Below are positions 38,147 through 54,073 of a DNA stretch of 64,000 nucleotides, one piece after another. The notes below the pieces were generated by a model. It saw only the letters and a list, made by a program, of their open reading frames with translations. It was not told the origin of the DNA and made no database searches. The position numbers and the translations under genes are program-made. Origin of the DNA: Candidatus Latescibacterota bacterium (lineage in GTDB: Bacteria > Latescibacterota > UBA2968 > UBA8231); assembly GCA_965206595.1 (NCBI GenBank), contig OZ242214.1:3015340-3079339 (forward strand), in the 5' to 3' direction. Position 1 is the first letter of the stretch, and the number at the start of each line of letters is the position of its first letter.

Positions 38147-39178
38147 TTGAAAGCCGTCGTCCTTCATAAAGCCGGGGACCTGCGAATCGAGGAGCGCGGA
38201 GAAGGCGCCCCGTGTCCCGGCGAGGTCAAGGTCCGGATGGCTGCCGGCGGCGTCTGCGGAACCGACCTCCACTACTACAATCACGGGGGCTTCGGATCGG
38301 TGGTCCTCAGGGAGCCGATGATCCTCGGGCACGAAGTCGCCGGCCATATCGCCGCGGTGGGCCCCGAGGTTGAAGGTCTCGCTCCGGGAGACCTGGTCGC
38401 GGTCTCTCCCTCGCGTCCCTGCGGGGACTGCCGCTTCTGTGCCGGCGGCCTGCACATCCATTGCCCCGACATGCGGTTCTACGGCTCCGCCATGCCGTTC
38501 CCGCACATCCAGGGGGCTTTCCGCGAAGAGCTGGTCGCCGACGCTTCCCAGTGCGTGAAGGCGGACGGGCTTTCCGCGGGAGAGGCGGCCATGGCCGAAC
38601 CCCTGTCGGTGTGCCTGCACGCAACCCGCCGGGCCGGCGAGCTGAAGGGGAAGCGGGTGCTGGTCACCGGGTGCGGGCCGATCGGGGTGCTCTCCATCCT
38701 GGCGGCGCGCTGGGCAGGGGCTTCCGAGATCGTCGCCACCGACCTCGTCGGCAACGCCCTCAAGCACGCGGCCGCGGCCGGGGCCGACCGGGTGATCGAC
38801 GTTACCGAAGCTACCGGCGGGCTGGAGGCGTACGCCGCGGACAAGGGGTATTTCGATCTGCTCTACGAGTGCACCGGTTCGTCCGCGGCCCTGTCAGGAG
38901 CGGTAGCGGCGATGCGTCCGCGCGCCGTGGTGATGCAGCTCGGGCTCGGCGGCGACATGACCGTGCCGACGATGCAGATCACCGTGAAGGAGCTCGAACT
39001 GCGCGGCTCGTTCCGGTTCCACGAGGAGTTCGCGACCGCGGTGCGGCTGATGCAGTCCGGAGCCATCGACGTGAAAGCGGCGATAACCCACACCCTTCCT
39101 CTCGAGGAGGCCGAGCTCGCTTTCCGGATTGCGAACAATCGCAGCCAGGCGATGAAGACGCAGATCGCTTTCGCCTGA
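38147..39178 (+). CDS. Zinc-dependent alcohol/polyol dehydrogenase (MDR family, sorbitol/L-idonate/threonine dehydrogenase-like)
   Basis: TTG start at 38147 after AGGAGA. Catalytic-zinc ligands CGTDLH...GHE. Structural-zinc motif CGDCRFCAGG. Rossmann motif VLVTGCGPIG. Confidence 0.85.
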   Translation: MKAVVLHKAGDLRIEERGEGAPCPGEVKVRMAAGGVCGTDLHYYNHGGFGSVVLREPMILGHEVAGHIAAVGPEVEGLAPGDLVAVSPSRPCGDCRFCAGGLHIHCPDMRFYGSAMPFPHIQGAFREELVADASQCVKADGLSAGEAAMAEPLSVCLHATRRAGELKGKRVLVTGCGPIGVLSILAARWAGASEIVATDLVGNALKHAAAAGADRVIDVTEATGGLEAYAADKGYFDLLYECTGSSAALSGAVAAMRPRAVVMQLGLGGDMTVPTMQITVKELELRGSFRFHEEFATAVRLMQSGAIDVKAAITHTLPLEEAELAFRIANNRSQAMKTQIAFA

Positions 39179-39252
39179 GGTGCCCCGGGCAGCCGGGTCG
39201 AGGACTGACGCGGTCAGGGTCTACGCACGGCGAGCGCCACCACGCCTATCGA

Positions 39253-40200
39253 TCACTCCACCGATAAAACGAGCTTTTTCCAATCCGGAAACGTTCCCCG
39301 TTCAAGGAATTTCAGCAACGCCTTTCGGCCAAGCTCGTACCCTTGCTCTGCGATTTGCGCGGCCTCCTTCCGCTTCCCGCTCTTCCTGTCCCGGCCCCCA
39401 TGCACGATCCCAGAACGGGCATCATAGAAACGCTTCACCGCGTCGAACACTTCAACCCGAGTCTCCGGCTCGTCGCCCAGAAGGTGTGCAGCCCTTACGG
39501 ACAGCTTGTGGGTCAACTCGCCACCCTTCAGCTGAAACATCACTTCCAGTGCCACAGCTACATCAAGGATGCGGTCCTCCTGCCAGAATCTTCCTCGATT
39601 GCGCCGCACCGACGAAACTAGCCGAGAGAGCGCCAGTTCCAGGAGATCACGCTTGTCCCTCCCGAAACTCGTCCATTCGCAGAACAGGCGACGGGCCTGC
39701 GTGACATGCTCCGATTTCAGCTCCTTCACCTTCCACCAATCCGTGGACACGAACCCCACCTTGGTTCCGGGCCCGAAGTTGGGATCCACGTCCACGAAAT
39801 CCGGCGCACACGAGAGAATCTCCACCACCTCGATCCGTTGCGATGTCACAAGCGATAACAGGTTGAGAAGCACTTCGTCCGCTAGACCGTTTCTCCAAGA
39901 GAATTTGACCCGTAGCGGCGGGTCATTGACGTGCTTCGACGTCCTTGGGGTCACTAGGCAAGGGCTCCAGATCATTTTTCGAAACAGTACCAAGGCTTGC
40001 ATATCCCTGTAGGGTGTAACGTCATTCCAAGGCGCAGGCTCCTCTTTCTTGAGCATTCCGCGTTTAACCGCGTCTTCATAAGACGCGAGGCCGGCGTCCG
40101 GCCCAAGCTCAACCACGCCGTTCATCACCAGTCCGCGAATTACCACAACATTGTAACCGGGCAAACGTCCTTCCGTACCAAGCGTCAGGAATTTGTCCAT
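39253..40200 (-). CDS. Hypothetical protein with a C-terminal HEPN-like motif (Rx4HG). Possible Abi/defence-associated RNase.
   Basis: C-terminal FYDARSGIVHGG (R-x4-H-G) inside a predicted helical domain. No other recognisable domain. Lies in the lower-GC island downstream of the R-M genes. Confidence 0.45.
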   Translation of the reverse strand: MDKFLTLGTEGRLPGYNVVVIRGLVMNGVVELGPDAGLASYEDAVKRGMLKKEEPAPWNDVTPYRDMQALVLFRKMIWSPCLVTPRTSKHVNDPPLRVKFSWRNGLADEVLLNLLSLVTSQRIEVVEILSCAPDFVDVDPNFGPGTKVGFVSTDWWKVKELKSEHVTQARRLFCEWTSFGRDKRDLLELALSRLVSSVRRNRGRFWQEDRILDVAVALEVMFQLKGGELTHKLSVRAAHLLGDEPETRVEVFDAVKRFYDARSGIVHGGRDRKSGKRKEAAQIAEQGYELGRKALLKFLERGTFPDWKKLVLSVE

Positions 40201-40591
40201 TTCCTCCGCTGCTGCCTCGTCTCCCCGTCTTGCGCCGATCCGTCGCTGCCCGCTGCGCCAATTGCTTCAATTCGACGCGGAAACCCTTACCAGGCATCGT
40301 CACGAACGTCGCCGTATCTTTACCCTGTCCACCAAAGACCGCACCTACCCCCGGGTGTTTCACCACAAGCTCGATCACCTTGCTTGGGTCCGCGTGGATT
40401 TCCGTCAGGTAATCGTCCAGCACCGCTCGCGCTTTCACGTCCACCCGACCGCGCTTTGCCAGCTCCTGATACTCAGCGTTACCCAGGTCCGGCAGCCCCT
40501 GACGATGTGCAGTCAGGGTCCCTGATAGCGGGCCCAACGCCTCCCCAAACGCATTGCGCCATGCTTCCCGACTTGGATCACTCACAGTCAC
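40109..40591 (-). CDS. Hypothetical protein (160 aa), unknown function. The 3' end is uncertain because it overlaps the next gene by 92 bp.
   Basis: Only an ORF with reasonable codon usage. No family recognised. A 23-bp tandem repeat lies upstream. Confidence 0.35.
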   Translation of the reverse strand: MTVSDPSREAWRNAFGEALGPLSGTLTAHRQGLPDLGNAEYQELAKRGRVDVKARAVLDDYLTEIHADPSKVIELVVKHPGVGAVFGGQGKDTATFVTMPGKGFRVELKQLAQRAATDRRKTGRRGSSGGNGQIPDAWYGRTFARLQCCGNSRTGDERRG

Positions 40592-40659
40592 CGCGATAAC
40601 CCCGGCCCGACTCTTTTAGCCACGGCCTAAGCGCTTCCCCCGAAACCCCAAGACACCAA

Positions 40660-40705
40660 AGTAGTGAGAGATTTGTGAAGCGAGTAGTGAGAGATTTGTG
40701 AAGCG
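40660..40705. repeat. Perfect 23-bp tandem direct repeat (agtagtgagagatttgtgaagcg x2)
   Basis: Two identical adjacent copies at 40660-40682 and 40683-40705, in the intergenic region between res and the 160-aa ORF. An AT-rich tract follows. Confidence 0.85.
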
Positions 40706-40788
40706 CGGTGGAATCTTTCAGCACAGGTCGCACCCCTATTTTATCTTTCATCGTCGTACTCTCACTTTTTTCTCCTTCACTGTTGCAC

Positions 40789-47462
<6,674 letters not shown>

Positions 47463-47469
47463 CCGATCG

Positions 47470-48159
47470 GTTTCCCTTGTGGTTCATTGTTAAGGCATTT
47501 TCAGAAAGAACACTTCGACTTGGCAGCTCATGATTCTTCCGGCCGACACTTAGGAAAATAACGCACCGTTTAATCGATACCCTGTCAAGTTGCAGATAGG
47601 ACACACACGCCCTGAGACCGGTCTCCTCCTTGAGCCGCTCCCGCGCGTCGTTTCCGCGCGGCATGTTCTGATCTTGGCACAGCCACCAGGGGAAGTAGAC
47701 GTTGATCATGCCCACCCGGGGACCGTCGCTGCGGTTGGCCCCTCCGGTGTGCCAGAGCCGGTTGTCGAACAGCAGCACGCTGCCCGCGGCACCGGTCACC
47801 TGGGTCTCTCCGGGATGGGGGATCGGCAAGTCGAGGCCGGCGGTGCGGTTGGTCGGCGCCCGGTGCCGGGAAACTCGACAAACCCCTTCACGGAGCCCAT
47901 CCGGAGGTAGGGCCGAACATTGCCCGCATGGGGGCGAGCAGGCGCTCGTGCGCCAGGTACGGGGCGAATCGCCTGGTCGTGGTTGATGCAGAAGGGGATG
48001 AACCGATTCGGTGTTGGTCCCCCAGGTCCGGCCGAGCCGCCTCGCCGCTGTCTCCTCGATGCTCTCCCGCACCTCGGTCACCTCGCCGGGGGGAATGATC
48101 CCCTCCAGCAGGGACCAGCCGTGCACCCGGTGCTGGAACAGTACTTCGTCGAGACTCAT
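47470..48159 (-). pseudogene. Disrupted phytanoyl-CoA dioxygenase (PhyH) family gene with multiple frameshifts
   Basis: PhyH-like N-terminus (MSLDEVLFQHRVHGWSLLEGIIPPGEVTEVRESIEE) and C-terminus (LLFDNRLWHTGGANRSDGPRVGMINVYFPWWL) in one frame. The middle is out of frame. Downstream it reads through into low-GC intergenic sequence. Confidence 0.45.
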
Positions 48160-48353
48160 ATGTCGCAGGCGGCCATGGACTTCGAGGTAACGCGTTGGTT
48201 CGCAAGGGACCCGCCTTTTTCCAAACGGCCCGCCACATTCCAGGCAAAACAGTCCGGGAACATGGTTTACAATTCCGGCGGGCGGCTGTTATCGTATGCC
48301 CACCGCCGGCGCATCCGGTGCCGCACACCACACCCGAAACAGGAGCACGCATC

Positions 48354-49292
48354 GTGAAAGTCGCTGTCTGGGGCCGTGAGCTCGAGGACTCCTACCTGAA
48401 GTTCGTCTGCCAGATCGGAGCGGACGCCGTCGACGGGTTGCCCATACCCAACGAGCCGGGGAAGGGGTATTTCGATCTCGACGAGACCCTGAAGATCAAG
48501 AGGAAGATCGCATCCTGGGGAATGGAGATTAACCGCGTTTCCCTGCCCTACCTGTCGGAGACCTACGTCGACGACGGCGACGGCGCCGAGGAGGAGCTGG
48601 AAAACTGCTGCCAGTCCCTGCGGGTGCTGGGGGAAGCGAAGCTGCCCCTGGGCCGGGTCGGTTTCGCCAGGGACGTGTACCCGTGGATGCGCAAGGACCA
48701 CCGCGCCGTCCATCGCGGCGGCTACGTGTACCGCGGCGAGGGCGTTGAGGAAGGCACGGTCCCTCCCTCCGCCGAGGAGCAGGAGCGCTACTGGGGCCGG
48801 GTCTGCCACGCCTACGCAAAGCTCGTCCCCATAGCCGAGGAGTACGGCGTGCGGCTGATCATGCATCCCTCCGATCCCCCGAGCCCGGACGCCCCCTTCG
48901 GCGGCCTCGGGTTCCACCGCCTGATCGACTCCTTCCCCAGCCCCAGCGTCGGCTACCTCTACTGCTGCGGCACCCGCTGCCAGGCGGGCGGCCTGCCCCT
49001 GGTGCTCGACGAGATCCACAACTACGGCCGCAAGAACCGGATCTTCATGGTCCACTTCCGCAACGTCCGCGGCAGCATCGCCACGGCCAACGGCTTCGAG
49101 GAGGTGCTGCTCGACGACGGCGACATGAACATGTTCAAGGTCCTGCTCGAGCTGCGGCGCGTCGGCTTCGACGGCTGCCTGAACCCCGACCACTGCCCCG
49201 CCCTCGAAGGGGACGGTCCCGAGGCCACCCAGTCCCTGGCCTACGCGGTGGGCTACATCAAGGCTATGCTCGCGGCCCTGGCGGTGGTGTAG
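48354..49292 (+). CDS. uxuA: Mannonate dehydratase family protein (UxuA-like, xylose-isomerase-like TIM barrel)
   Basis: GTG at 48354 after AGGAG. VPIAEEYGVRLIMHPSDPPSP...FHRL and IFMVHFRNV...MFKVLLEL...NPDHCP are collinear with E. coli UxuA (PVAEEVGVRMAVHPDDPP..., IYFTHLR..., MRPDHGH). Confidence 0.7.
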   Translation: MKVAVWGRELEDSYLKFVCQIGADAVDGLPIPNEPGKGYFDLDETLKIKRKIASWGMEINRVSLPYLSETYVDDGDGAEEELENCCQSLRVLGEAKLPLGRVGFARDVYPWMRKDHRAVHRGGYVYRGEGVEEGTVPPSAEEQERYWGRVCHAYAKLVPIAEEYGVRLIMHPSDPPSPDAPFGGLGFHRLIDSFPSPSVGYLYCCGTRCQAGGLPLVLDEIHNYGRKNRIFMVHFRNVRGSIATANGFEEVLLDDGDMNMFKVLLELRRVGFDGCLNPDHCPALEGDGPEATQSLAYAVGYIKAMLAALAVV

Positions 49293-49370
49293 GGAGGATG
49301 AAGGGGGTGCGCGCCTGAAAACCGGAACCAGCAGTAGTTTTTCCCCGCATTCCACCCCAAGGAGGGTGCC

Positions 49371-50888
49371 GTGACTGCGACGACCATGACGGAACACGAG
49401 AACTACTACTTCGACGTGTGCGGCTACCTCATCGTCCGCAACGCCCTCTCCCACGTCGAGGTCGACACCTTCAACAAGGCCTTCGACGCCGCCGTCGACG
49501 GGTCGCTGCCGGCCGGCGCCCCGTACCGCTATCCCTTCCTGCAGCTGCGCGACCACCCGGTTCTCCGGCGCTACCTCTCGGAAATCCTCGGCGGGGAGTA
49601 CTGCTGCGACGAAGGGCCGGAGTGGATCGGCGCCCCTGGGGCGGCGGCTGACGGCAGGCTATCCGGCGGCGGCGAGTGGGTCGACTGGTCGCGCGCCTAC
49701 CTGCACCGGGGAGGGGTCCGCCTCTGCCAGGGGGTGCGAGCCCTCTGGGCCCTGACCGATGTCGATCCGGGAGACGGAGGCTTCGTGCTAATCCCGGCCA
49801 GCCACAACTCGGAAGTCGAGGCCCCCGAAGACGTGCTCACCGGCGAAGACGACATGGGGCTGACCTTGCAGCCGGGCCTGCGGGCCGGGGACCTGCTGCT
49901 CTGCGCCCACTCGCTGGTGCACGGGGTGCGGCCCCGGAAGGGCTCCAGGCCGGCGCGGACCCTGGCCTGGACCTACGTCCACTCCCAGGTGCGGGCCCAC
50001 GACTGGCGCGGCGGCAGCGAACCGGCGCGGGACTGGCTGCCGTCGCTGACCCCGGCGCAGCGGGCGGTGATGCACGACCCGGACCGCGACGGACTGCCGC
50101 CCCCGGTCCGGACCGACGGCGAGACCTCCCGTGTCGAGGAGGACGGCGACGAAATCCACCACCCTTCGATCTACCTGCGCGACCCGGAAGCGGAGATCGA
50201 CGACAAGGAGTTCTACCACTGGGACCTGTGCGGCCACCTGGTCGTCAAGGGGGTGATGGACGCCGACTGGCTGGCCGCGGCCAACGAGGCGATCGACCGG
50301 AACGCCGACCTCGTCAACGCCGGCCCGAGCGACGCGGCGCGGGATTCGAAGCGCCTCGCCGGCAGACACGGCGCCTCGATGTCCGACCCCTGGCAGCTGC
50401 CCGAGCCGTACTGCGAGCCGTTCCGCCGCATGATCGCCCACCCGGCCCTGATCCGGAGGCTGAACTGGATCGTGGGCAGCGGCTTCGAGTGCCGCCAGTG
50501 CTCGCTGTTCGCCCACCGCAAGGGCGGGGTCGGCCACTACCTGCACAGCGGCACCGCAGAGCCCGGGGTCGGCAACCACTACCGTTTGCGGAACGGGCGC
50601 GCCTACTGCGAGCACCTCAACGTCGCCTGGCAGCTGCGCGACGTCACCGCCGCGGACGGCGGCTTCTGCTGCATTCCGGGCAGCCACAAGGGGCGCTACC
50701 CCCTGCCCGCGGGGATCGCCTCCTGCGACGACGACCCGATGCAGGTGGTGCGCCACGTCGGCATGGAGGCGGGGGACGTGCTGATCTTCCTCGCCGGGGC
50801 GCAGACCCACGGCGCCTTCCCCTGGCGCGGGGACGCCGACCGCAGGGCGGTCTTCTTCGCCTACCGGGGCCGCAACTTCAAGCGCTGA
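49371..50888 (+). CDS. Protein with two tandem PhyH-like dioxygenase domains (fused duplicate)
   Basis: Two PhyH-like N-terminal segments: YYFDVCGYLIVRNALSHVEVDTFNKAFD and EFYHWDLCGHLVVKGVMDADWLAAANEAIDRN. Each is followed by a His/Asp-containing core (IPASHN... and IPGSHKGRYP...). Confidence 0.7.
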   Translation: MTATTMTEHENYYFDVCGYLIVRNALSHVEVDTFNKAFDAAVDGSLPAGAPYRYPFLQLRDHPVLRRYLSEILGGEYCCDEGPEWIGAPGAAADGRLSGGGEWVDWSRAYLHRGGVRLCQGVRALWALTDVDPGDGGFVLIPASHNSEVEAPEDVLTGEDDMGLTLQPGLRAGDLLLCAHSLVHGVRPRKGSRPARTLAWTYVHSQVRAHDWRGGSEPARDWLPSLTPAQRAVMHDPDRDGLPPPVRTDGETSRVEEDGDEIHHPSIYLRDPEAEIDDKEFYHWDLCGHLVVKGVMDADWLAAANEAIDRNADLVNAGPSDAARDSKRLAGRHGASMSDPWQLPEPYCEPFRRMIAHPALIRRLNWIVGSGFECRQCSLFAHRKGGVGHYLHSGTAEPGVGNHYRLRNGRAYCEHLNVAWQLRDVTAADGGFCCIPGSHKGRYPLPAGIASCDDDPMQVVRHVGMEAGDVLIFLAGAQTHGAFPWRGDADRRAVFFAYRGRNFKR

Positions 50889-50937
50889 GCGGGTTGCTTC
50901 CGGGCCGCCGGAAGACTCCCCCTGTCCGGGATCGCGG

Positions 50938-51348
50938 CTACTTGCGCGCGTCGCGCGACATCACGTGAGAACAGGTGAGGATGCGGCTGTCCGCGGTTAC
51001 CACAGTGAGGTCGTGGACTCTCGCCGTGGCGACCAGGATGCGGTCGGCGGGATCCCGATGGAACTCGCCGGGCAGGTCGTACGCCCCCGCGGCTATCTCG
51101 TGGGTAAGGGAAATCGTTTCCGCAAGCAGCGCCTGCAGCGACTCCGAGATCCATGTCTGCAGCCGCCCCGCCAGAGTCAGCCGCCCCGCCCAGGCGAGCT
51201 GGGCGAGTTCCAGCGACGACACCGGGGAAACGAAGAGGCTGTTTTCCTCCGCAGCGAGGGCACTCCTCGTACCGGGGCCCAGAGTTTCGGGTGACTCCTG
51301 GGTCCAGACCCACACATGGGTATCCAGCAGGAAGTTCAACCTTCCCAC
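50938..51348 (-). CDS. vapC: PIN-domain toxin VapC (type II TA toxin)
   Basis: LLDTHVWVW...(D)...FHRDPADRILVATARVHDLTVVTADSRI shows PIN acidic residues. The start (GTG or TTG) overlaps the antitoxin stop. Confidence 0.75.
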   Translation of the reverse strand: MGRLNFLLDTHVWVWTQESPETLGPGTRSALAAEENSLFVSPVSSLELAQLAWAGRLTLAGRLQTWISESLQALLAETISLTHEIAAGAYDLPGEFHRDPADRILVATARVHDLTVVTADSRILTCSHVMSRDARK

Positions 51349-51569
51349 TCCCAGTGGTCGGAGAAGTCGCAGTGGACGATGTCGCCGTGAATGGTCATGC
51401 GCCCGCGCAGGCTCCCCAGCTGCCGCTTGCGTGGAGTCTCCCGATAGGGATCGACCGTCGCGATGGGACGCTTCCGCAAAGTGACGACGAGGGATTCCCC
51501 CGTATCGTGAACGGTCTTCAGCTCTTCGATGCACTTCGCCTTGAACTCGGAGATACCCATGGTCTTCAT
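51336..51569 (-). CDS. Phd/YefM-family antitoxin
   Basis: MKTMGISEFKAKCIEELKTVHDTGESLVVTLRKRPIATVDPY is the canonical Phd/YefM N-terminus. GGAAGGAAAG RBS. Lies immediately upstream of vapC with overlap. Confidence 0.75.
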   Translation of the reverse strand: MKTMGISEFKAKCIEELKTVHDTGESLVVTLRKRPIATVDPYRETPRKRQLGSLRGRMTIHGDIVHCDFSDHWEWEG

Positions 51570-51678
51570 GGTCGGCTTTCCTTCCACCGGAACGGATTTT
51601 TGTATTCGAACATCAGGGAATTTACACCTGGTCAAATGACCAGGTCAATTACGGGCCTAGTGCTTGCGCGCCCAGGCA

Positions 51679-52815
51679 CTATAGCCCCTCCACGGTTCCC
51701 TCGATAAGGAGGTCGACCACGGCCCGGAGGGCCTCCTCCCGCGGCTTACCGGACTGCAGCGCCCTCCGGTAAGCCTCCCTCTGCAGGTGCGAGCTGGTCC
51801 CCCGCTGGAGGATCCTGCGCGCGTGTTCCACCTCGGCGACGCACTCGAACTGTTCGGCGTCTTCGCGGACGAGGTCGAGGAGCTCGTCGATCAGCTGCGC
51901 ATACCCCACGATCTCGCCGCGGCCGAAGTCGACCATGCCTTCGTCGAGGCCGTAGCGCTGCGCCCGCCAGCGGTTCTCCTCGACCAGGAACGAAGGGTAG
52001 ATCCGCCAGCGCTGGTTGTCGCGGCGGAGCCTGAAGAGCAGGCGGCAGATGCAGCGGAACAGGGCTGCGCAGCAGAGCGCATCCTCCAGCTTCGTGCAGA
52101 CATCGGTGATGCGCATTTCGACCGTGGGGAAACGGGCGCTAGGGCGCACGTCCCACCACAGCTTCGTCGCGTCCTCGATCAGGCCGGCCGAGACCATCAG
52201 GCCGACCGTGCGCCTGAATTCCCCGTAGCTCTCGAAGCGTTCGGGCAGGCCCGTGCGCGGCAGCTCGTCGAAAACGCAGAGGCGGTACGACTGCAGGCCG
52301 GTCTCGGTCCCCTCCCAGAACGGCGAAGAGGTGCTCAGCGCCAAGAGGTGCGGGAGGAAGTAGGATACCTGGTTGAGGATGTCGATCCGCAGGTCTTCGT
52401 CCTCGATGCCGACGTGGACGTGCATCCCGCAGATGAGCAGCCGCTGCGCGACGACCTGGAGATCCTTGTGCAGGATTTCGTAGCGCGGCTTGTCGGTGTG
52501 CTTCTGGTCCCGCCACCGGGCGAAGGGATGGGTGGAGGCGGCGATCGGGGCGAGTCCGTGACCGCCGGCGATCCCGGCCACGGTGCCCCGCAGGTGCTTG
52601 AGTTCCTCCGCCACCTCCCGGATCGATCCGCAGACGGAGGTCCCGATCTCGATCTGGGGACGCAGGAACTCCGGGCTGAAGTGCCCGGGAAGCCGGGCCT
52701 CGAACTCCTCGATCAACCCCTGGGGCAATTCGCCGACCAGGTTCCGGGAACTCCGGTCGACCAGCAGGTACTCCTCTTCGACGCCGATGCTGAAGCTCGG
52801 CTCCCGCAGGGACAT
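51679..52815 (-). CDS. ybdK: Carboxylate-amine ligase YbdK (glutamate-cysteine ligase family 2)
   Basis: IGVEEEYLLVD...GMHVHVG...LALSTSSPFW... is collinear with YbdK/GCS2. Confidence 0.85.
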   Translation of the reverse strand: MSLREPSFSIGVEEEYLLVDRSSRNLVGELPQGLIEEFEARLPGHFSPEFLRPQIEIGTSVCGSIREVAEELKHLRGTVAGIAGGHGLAPIAASTHPFARWRDQKHTDKPRYEILHKDLQVVAQRLLICGMHVHVGIEDEDLRIDILNQVSYFLPHLLALSTSSPFWEGTETGLQSYRLCVFDELPRTGLPERFESYGEFRRTVGLMVSAGLIEDATKLWWDVRPSARFPTVEMRITDVCTKLEDALCCAALFRCICRLLFRLRRDNQRWRIYPSFLVEENRWRAQRYGLDEGMVDFGRGEIVGYAQLIDELLDLVREDAEQFECVAEVEHARRILQRGTSSHLQREAYRRALQSGKPREEALRAVVDLLIEGTVEGL

Positions 52816-52852
52816 CAGCGCACCTCCCTGTTCATGCTGCAGCCGGCAGGCC

Positions 52853-53650
52853 CTAGAACTCGACGGTCTCCTCCGGCTCGAGCACGATCGCCTCGACCTC
52901 CGGGGCGTGTGTTTTCAGCGCCTCGAGGAAAGCATCCGGGTTCGGGTCCATGGTGTCGAAGACGCCGTAGTGGGCCGGGATGACGTACCTCGGGTTGATC
53001 ATGCCGACGGCGTACCCGGCGCTGTCCCCGCCGACCGTGAAGCCGCCGCCGCAGATGTTGAGGATCGCCAGGTCCGGCTTGTAGTAGTCGCCGATCACCA
53101 GCTTGAGGTCGGAGCAGAGGCCGGTGTCGGAGGAGATGTAGACCTTGAAGCCGTTCTCGAACTCGACGACGAAGCCGATCGGGTCGCCGACGTCGTGGCC
53201 CTTGGGGCGGCCGTCGTCGAGCAGGACGATCTCCGAGGAGGTGTGCTCGCAGTGGACGCCGGAAACCGAGATGCCGTCGATCGGCGGCAGCGGCCCGCGG
53301 TTCATCCCCCAGCCGTTGTTGCAGAAGTTCTCCAGCCCGGTGTGCTCGCGGATGTAGACCGCGGTCTCCACCGGCGTCAGGATGATCGGGTCGAAGCGCT
53401 CGGAGAGGGCGGCGATGTCGCCGAGGTTGAGGTGATCGAAGTGGGCGTGGGTCTGCAGGATGATGTCGACGTTGCCGAAGGCGCCGACGTCCTGCTTGTA
53501 CTTGTCCGGCACCGCGGGGTTGCCGTCGGGGAAGAAGTCGTTGCCGGTGAGCCAGGGATCGATCAGCAGCACCTTGCCCTGCGGCGAGGTCAGCTTGAGG
53601 GTGGCGAAGCCGATCATCTGCACCTGAACTTTTCCGTTGCCAGCCATGGC
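52853..53650 (-). CDS. MBL-fold metallo-hydrolase
   Basis: AGGAGA RBS then MAGNGK. HxHxDH motif (QTHAHFDHLNLG) and downstream His/Asp ligands. Confidence 0.7.
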   Translation of the reverse strand, partial: AMAGNGKVQVQMIGFATLKLTSPQGKVLLIDPWLTGNDFFPDGNPAVPDKYKQDVGAFGNVDIILQTHAHFDHLNLGDIAALSERFDPIILTPVETAVYIREHTGLENFCNNGWGMNRGPLPPIDGISVSGVHCEHTSSEIVLLDDGRPKGHDVGDPIGFVVEFENGFKVYISSDTGLCSDLKLVIGDYYKPDLAILNICGGGFTVGGDSAGYAVGMINPRYVIPAHYGVFDTMDPNPDAFLEALKTHAPEVEAIVLEPEETVEF

Positions 53651-54073
53651 GTGTCTCCTTGCGAAATGTGATGGTCTGTCAATCCTGTCCGCCGTGAGGT
53701 AAACAACTGCCATTCACCTCCCGGCGCTACCGCGGCGCGGGCTCTTCCCCGCGCTCGCGGGGGGCGGGAACCTTCCCTGAGGTGAAGGTGGTCAACACCC
53801 TCGCCAACCACATGAGAAGCTGCCCGACCGGGCACGTGCTTCCGGGGCAGCGGCCTCCTCGGACCGGTGGAGCTGCAGTTCCTGCGCCGGGTCGAGCTGA
53901 GGGCACCGCGCAGGTAACCTGCCCTGCGGGAACGGCATGAGGCGTTAGGACAGGGAGGGTCCTTTGATGTAATTCAGTCGGTCCTGCAAACTGCTACCGG
54001 GGGTAGCAACCCGGTCGTCCCGAGCCCGGGCGCGGTGTCCTGGGACAAGGCAGCGCATAAAGGGATTCGCAAC

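Noticed and set aside
48267-50968. Large antisense or alternate-frame ORFs (48267-49556 minus, 49676-50968 +, 49788-50810 minus)
   Set aside because: Overlap the uxuA-like and double-PhyH genes. Composition artefacts.
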